Shown in pieces: positions 35,078 to 38,582 of a stretch of DNA of 38,582 nucleotides (its first letter is position 1; each line of letters opens with the position of its first letter). This stretch comes from a virus (lineage: Duplodnaviria > Caudoviricetes), in the IMG/VR virus record IMGVR_UViG_3300029818_000064, positions 1-38,582 of that record; one strand, 5' to 3'. Both the position numbers and the translations under genes were made by a program. The notes beneath the pieces were generated by a model. The model saw only the letters and a program-made list of their open reading frames with translations, had not been told where the DNA came from and made no database searches.

Positions 35078-36470
35078 TCGCCAAGGCGGTCATGCCTGCG
35101 CGATTTTGAATCTGGTCGTGCCGCTGGCCAACCCGGCCACCGCCATGTGCACCAAGGGAACCGCCCGGCACCGTCCGCGCAGGCCCTGCACAGTTGCCCC
35201 GCTGACAGGCTCAGGCCCTCGGCAGGGCAACGTAAATAGCACGACTTGGCGCAGTACAGCCCGAACAACGCGTGGAATCAGAACTTTGATGATGGCAACC
35301 AGAACAACGATCACAAGGACAACGCCCTTCGGGCTCGTGCCGTCCGCAGATACTGCCGATGCCGCACCGGGCCATGCTGATTTTTTATTTCAAGAGCTCG
35401 TCCAAGCCTACCTGGACTGCCGCCGCAGCAAACGCAGCAGCCGCAGCGCACTGGCCTTCGAGCTCAACCTGGAGCACAACCTCATGCAACTGCACACCGA
35501 ACTGCAAACGGGCACCTACCAGCCCGGGCGGTCAATCTGCTTTGTAGTCACCCAGCCTAAACCCCGTGAAGTATGGGCCGCAGACTTCCGCGACCGCATT
35601 GTCCACCACCTGCTCTACAACCAGGTAGGCCCAACCATAGAACGCCGGTTCATAGCCGACAGCTGCGCCTGCATCAAAGAGCGCGGCACCCTCTACGCCG
35701 CCAAACGGCTTGACGCCAAAGTGCGCAGCATCACCCACAACTGGAGCCAGCCCGCCCACTACCTCAAGTGCGACCTGGCCAACTTCTTTGTCAGCATCAA
35801 CAAAACCGTGCTCGAGCAGCAACTGGCCAAGCACATCACCCAACCCTACTGGCAAGCCCTCGCCCTGCAGATCCTCTGGCACGACCCACGGCAGAACTAT
35901 GAACTGCGCACCACACCCAAACTGCTGGCCAAGGTACCGCAACACAAACGCCTTGCCGAGCAACCCGCCCACCTCGGCCTACCCATTGGCAACCTCAGCA
36001 GCCAGTTTTTTGCCAACGTCTACCTCAACGCCCTGGATCAATTCATCAAACACCAGCTGCAGGCCAAGTACTACATCCGCTACGTGGATGACTTTGTACT
36101 GCTGCACCAATCACCGCAGCAGCTAAACCAATGGCGGCACCAGATCGAACAGTTCCTGGCCACACACCTGCAAGCCCAGCTCAACCCCAGCAAAACCATA
36201 TTGCAGCCGGTAGACAGAGGCATCGACTTCGTTGGACAGGTCATCAAACCATGGCACCGCGTAACCCGCCGCCGCACCCTCAAAACCGCCTTGCGCAAAG
36301 TCACCAGCACACCGCAACCACAGCTACGCGAAACCGCCAACAGCTACTTTGGCTTGCTGAGTCAGGCCAGCCACAGCCAGCGGGACAGAGAAAAGCTGGC
36401 CAAGGTGCTGCTGATGCGTGGGCGGGCTGTGAATGCGGGGATCAGCAAGATTGTCGGGAGAAGAGCATGA
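35052..36470 (+). CDS. DGR reverse transcriptase (true start uncertain; in-frame ATGs at 35052, 35145, 35289, 35292)
   Basis: FRDRIVHH, LKCDLANFF, the DGR-type GLPIGNLSSQ, YIRYVDDF and GIDFVG motifs. Confidence 0.96.
   Translation: MPQRRPLRDRQGGHACAILNLVVPLANPATAMCTKGTARHRPRRPCTVAPLTGSGPRQGNVNSTTWRSTARTTRGIRTLMMATRTTITRTTPFGLVPSADTADAAPGHADFLFQELVQAYLDCRRSKRSSRSALAFELNLEHNLMQLHTELQTGTYQPGRSICFVVTQPKPREVWAADFRDRIVHHLLYNQVGPTIERRFIADSCACIKERGTLYAAKRLDAKVRSITHNWSQPAHYLKCDLANFFVSINKTVLEQQLAKHITQPYWQALALQILWHDPRQNYELRTTPKLLAKVPQHKRLAEQPAHLGLPIGNLSSQFFANVYLNALDQFIKHQLQAKYYIRYVDDFVLLHQSPQQLNQWRHQIEQFLATHLQAQLNPSKTILQPVDRGIDFVGQVIKPWHRVTRRRTLKTALRKVTSTPQPQLRETANSYFGLLSQASHSQRDREKLAKVLLMRGRAVNAGISKIVGRRA
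35079..35251 (+). ncRNA. Structured 5' segment of the DGR RNA (avd-TR spacer)
   Basis: Nested complementarity: CGCCAA/TTGGCG, GTCGTGC/GCACGAC and GTTGCCC/GGGCAAC. Confidence 0.5.
35250..35351 (+). repeat. DGR template repeat (TR)
   Basis: Eight AAC/AAT codons in the VR frame and 30 adenines; matches both VRs except at A positions; diverges after AGAT (IMH*). Confidence 0.97.
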
Positions 36471-36832
36471 AATACCAGCCAGATATGTACCTGACATGGG
36501 ACCCCTTCGAGGGCGACATGGACGTGGATATCCGCTGCCGCAAGGTCAAGCTTGTGCGCGTCCGGAAAGCCCACGTATGCCACCTGAGCATGGGCGGACC
36601 AGAGCCAGAACACGAAATCCAGCCGGGAGAGATGGCGCGCCATGAAAGCGCATTTGTGGATGGCAGCCACTGGGGCAGCTACTACGCCTGCATACCCTGT
36701 ATGGATGCCTGGTTCGACGAACTGAACTACGACCTTCACGGCGACGACATGGACGAGCTGGAACCAAAAGAACCAGAGGGCATGCCGTACCGCTGCGAAC
36801 TTACCCCTGATATGTTCGGGGGTACAGCATGA
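36467..36832 (+). CDS. Hypothetical protein, possibly Zn-binding
   Basis: ATGA overlap with the RT stop codon; RKAHVCH...CIPC. Confidence 0.65.
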   Translation: MKYQPDMYLTWDPFEGDMDVDIRCRKVKLVRVRKAHVCHLSMGGPEPEHEIQPGEMARHESAFVDGSHWGSYYACIPCMDAWFDELNYDLHGDDMDELEPKEPEGMPYRCELTPDMFGGTA

Positions 36833-37308
36833 CCCGCCGCAAACACCACAACGCCCAAAAGCGCAGCCAGGCAGAAGCAACCGCCATCCTCCGCGATATC
36901 GGCATACTGTTCCACAGCGCCATGGCCGACAAAGAGGTGCGCGTGGTCAACATCAAGCGCGAACAGGTGTGCATCCTCAACCGCTACAGCGCAGACCTCA
37001 TCATCCAACGCCACTGGCGCTGGACCGTAGCCCTATCCATCTTCACCACCGCCCGCGTAAACCGCATGGAAATCATCCAATACAACACACCCTGCCTGCA
37101 GGCCGAGCTGGTCGAAGCACTCGAAGAAGACCACCAAACCCTACTGGCAAAGGTGAAGATTGAACTGGCACTGGAAGGCAAAGGCGAAGAGGTCCACAGC
37201 TTTGGCTGGATAGCCATGCCCGTCACCACCGATCTGGAACTGGACAAGGCAGAACGCCTCTACGCCACAGCACTGGCCACCATCAAACCGCATCAGGAGG
37301 CGGCATGA
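36829..37308 (+). CDS. Hypothetical protein
   Basis: Coupled ORF with ATGA overlaps. Confidence 0.65.
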   Translation: MTRRKHHNAQKRSQAEATAILRDIGILFHSAMADKEVRVVNIKREQVCILNRYSADLIIQRHWRWTVALSIFTTARVNRMEIIQYNTPCLQAELVEALEEDHQTLLAKVKIELALEGKGEEVHSFGWIAMPVTTDLELDKAERLYATALATIKPHQEAA

Positions 37309-37517
37309 TCAACTTCATCCACACCACCGGTGCAAAAGAGTTCCTACCACCAGAGCATCAAGAGCGCCGCTTTGAAGTGGTACGCAAACCATCAATCCAC
37401 AGCCGCGCCCTGGACCTGCAGCGCATCTGCGACATATGCAACCGCGCACGCAACCAAGGTAACCACCAAAAATGCTCGAAACTACGCCAGGCAATGAACA
37501 GGAGCAAATCCCAATGA
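37305..37517 (+). CDS. Small Zn-finger-like protein
   Basis: CDIC...H..C; GGAGG RBS. Confidence 0.6.
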   Translation: MINFIHTTGAKEFLPPEHQERRFEVVRKPSIHSRALDLQRICDICNRARNQGNHQKCSKLRQAMNRSKSQ

Positions 37518-37753
37518 ACACCAAAGACTACCGCTACCTGGACACACTGCCAGACAGCTCAATGCTCAGCCCCGATGAAGTGCTGGCCTTGGTGCGCATC
37601 TCCAGATCAACTTGGTACGCCGGCATAAAAAGCGGCCGCTACCCACCAGCCACCCACATCGGCCCCGCCTCACCACGCTGGAGGCTGGGTGTGATAAGAG
37701 ACGTAATGAACGGAACATACAGCCGACCAGAGGACCAAAATCAGGCGGCATGA
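37514..37753 (+). CDS. xis: AlpA-family excisionase / recombination directionality factor
   Basis: EVLALVRISRSTWYAGIKSGRYP....IG...PRW; last gene before att. Confidence 0.85.
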   Translation: MNTKDYRYLDTLPDSSMLSPDEVLALVRISRSTWYAGIKSGRYPPATHIGPASPRWRLGVIRDVMNGTYSRPEDQNQAA

Positions 37754-37776
37754 AACTGCCACCAAAACTGCCACCA
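37753..37776. repeat. Tandem 12-mer AAACTGCCACCA x2, probable integrase arm-type sites
   Basis: Perfect direct repeat about 60 nt from the tRNA 3' end. Confidence 0.6.
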
Positions 37777-37788
37777 ACGGGCAGAAAC

Positions 37789-37832
37789 AACAAAGGCTTG
37801 CACGGTTAACAACCTGCAAGCCTTTGTTTTTT
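37789..37832. terminator. Probably bidirectional terminator between the early operon and the tRNA
   Basis: 14-bp inverted repeat AACAAAGGCTTGCA/TGCAAGCCTTTGTT followed by a T run on the plus strand. Confidence 0.75.
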
Positions 37833-37833
37833 A

Positions 37834-37910
37834 TGGTGCGCGAGCCCGGATTCGAACCGGGGACCTACCGCTTAGGAGGCGGTCGCTCTATCCAGCTGAG
37901 CTACAAGCGC
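37834..37910 (-). tRNA. tRNA-Arg(CCT), prophage integration site
   Basis: 77 nt. D arm GCTC/GAGC, anticodon stem ACCGC/GCGGT with loop CTCCTAA, T arm CCCGG-TTCGAAT-CCGGG, CCA end. Confidence 0.93.
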
Positions 37911-38258
37911 ACAGGGAACTTGCCGACAGATTTACCCTCTGAGGAAGGTGGCCAGTCTTGGCGCCGGAATCATAACTGATGCAGGCGCCGCTTGACCACC
38001 TTGGCTAAGCAAGCAGACAGATGGTTGCAATATGCCATCTGTCGGAAATACGTCACAAAAATGGGCCATAATTCCGTCACATGCTGCCCAAGTGTTACAA
38101 AACCAAGTATAAGTTAGCTTTAGGCCTTGCTCGCAGCACAGATCACGCATCAACAAGGCTATAAATGATGCCGTAAGCTATACTGGCAAACAGGGTGTCT
38201 GGCAGATTTCAATTGGCCAGTATCGATTTTATTCTCACAAGCGATTAATGTTGCCCAT

Positions 38259-38582
38259 ATGAAAACTGCAACCCAACATTACACCAGCCGTACCGCTGAC
38301 AAATTCGTGGTTCGCCTCCCGGAAGGGATGCGTGAACATATCGCTGAAGTTGCCAGACAACATCACCGCAGCATGAATTCGGAAATCATTGCCCGGCTGG
38401 AACACAGCCTGCTGGATTTGCCCACGCTGCCGGAACATCCTACTCGACATAGTCTCAACGACAAGCAACTGGATACGCTGACGCATCCAGAGCGTGAGTT
38501 GCTGCTACGCTTCCGCGAAATGTCACGGCGCCAGCAGAATGCACTCCTTGCCTTGCTGCCTGGTGAAGAGCAAAGCGCCTGA
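38259..38582 (+). CDS. amrZ: Host Arc-family ribbon-helix-helix regulator AmrZ (AlgZ)
   Basis: [37 protein letters not shown], near-identical to Pseudomonas AmrZ as I recall it. Confidence 0.88.
   Translation: MKTATQHYTSRTADKFVVRLPEGMREHIAEVARQHHRSMNSEIIARLEHSLLDLPTLPEHPTRHSLNDKQLDTLTHPERELLLRFREMSRRQQNALLALLPGEEQSA

Larger units (their letters stand above)
1..37860. mobile_element. Temperate prophage (HK97-like head, probable long non-contractile tail) integrated at the 3' end of tRNA-Arg(CCT). The left att site lies outside the window and the right boundary is approximate.
   Basis: Integrase at one end and AlpA/Xis plus a tRNA at the other. All modules are present: lysogeny switch, replication, packaging, head, tail and lysis. 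Confidence 0.95.

Noticed and set aside
33851-35351. Three ~100-nt repeats as a CRISPR array or simple duplication
   Set aside because: There is no repeat-spacer periodicity or cas gene, and the mismatches are adenine-specific.
35359-35547. 62-aa ORF starting just after TR as the RT start or a frameshifted N-terminus
   Set aside because: It is out of frame with RT and has no RT-like residues. A frameshift or indel at the T run near 35381-35390 cannot be fully excluded.
35052-36470. RT as a group II intron, retron or Abi RT
   Set aside because: It has the IGxxxSQ motif, an adjacent avd and TR/VR pairs with A-only mismatches, and I saw no maturase or endonuclease extension.

Overview
The window is an apparently complete ~37.8 kb temperate prophage with an HK97-type head and a probable siphovirus tail. 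The host is probably Pseudomonadaceae, inferred from amrZ and the PrtN/PA0613-like genes. The prophage runs from a tyrosine integrase at the left edge to an AlpA-type excisionase and a tRNA-Arg(CCT) integration site near 37.8-37.9 kb, followed by host amrZ. The minus strand carries Cro, CII, TraR, Toprim/VapE primase-helicase, a Q-like regulator, holin, HNH, terminase, portal, protease, capsid, tail, endolysin and spanins. The plus strand carries CI, two CI-linked cargo genes and an early operon. The main result is a complete diversity-generating retroelement (DGR) inside that early operon: two tandem DUF1566/CLec-like target genes, each with a variable repeat and downstream hairpin, then avd, a structured spacer, a 102-nt template repeat and a DGR reverse transcriptase. 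Every TR-VR mismatch (11 in VR1, 15 in VR2) falls at a TR adenine. The targets look like non-tail, early-expressed proteins rather than tail fibres. Other signals include a transcript-oriented 15-16 nt motif shared by both early leaders and DGR target 1, a moron with an RBS-occluding hairpin, a tRNA with a mismatched acceptor stem, and a -1 frameshift in the tail chaperone. All product calls come from motif recognition and gene order, not from database searches.
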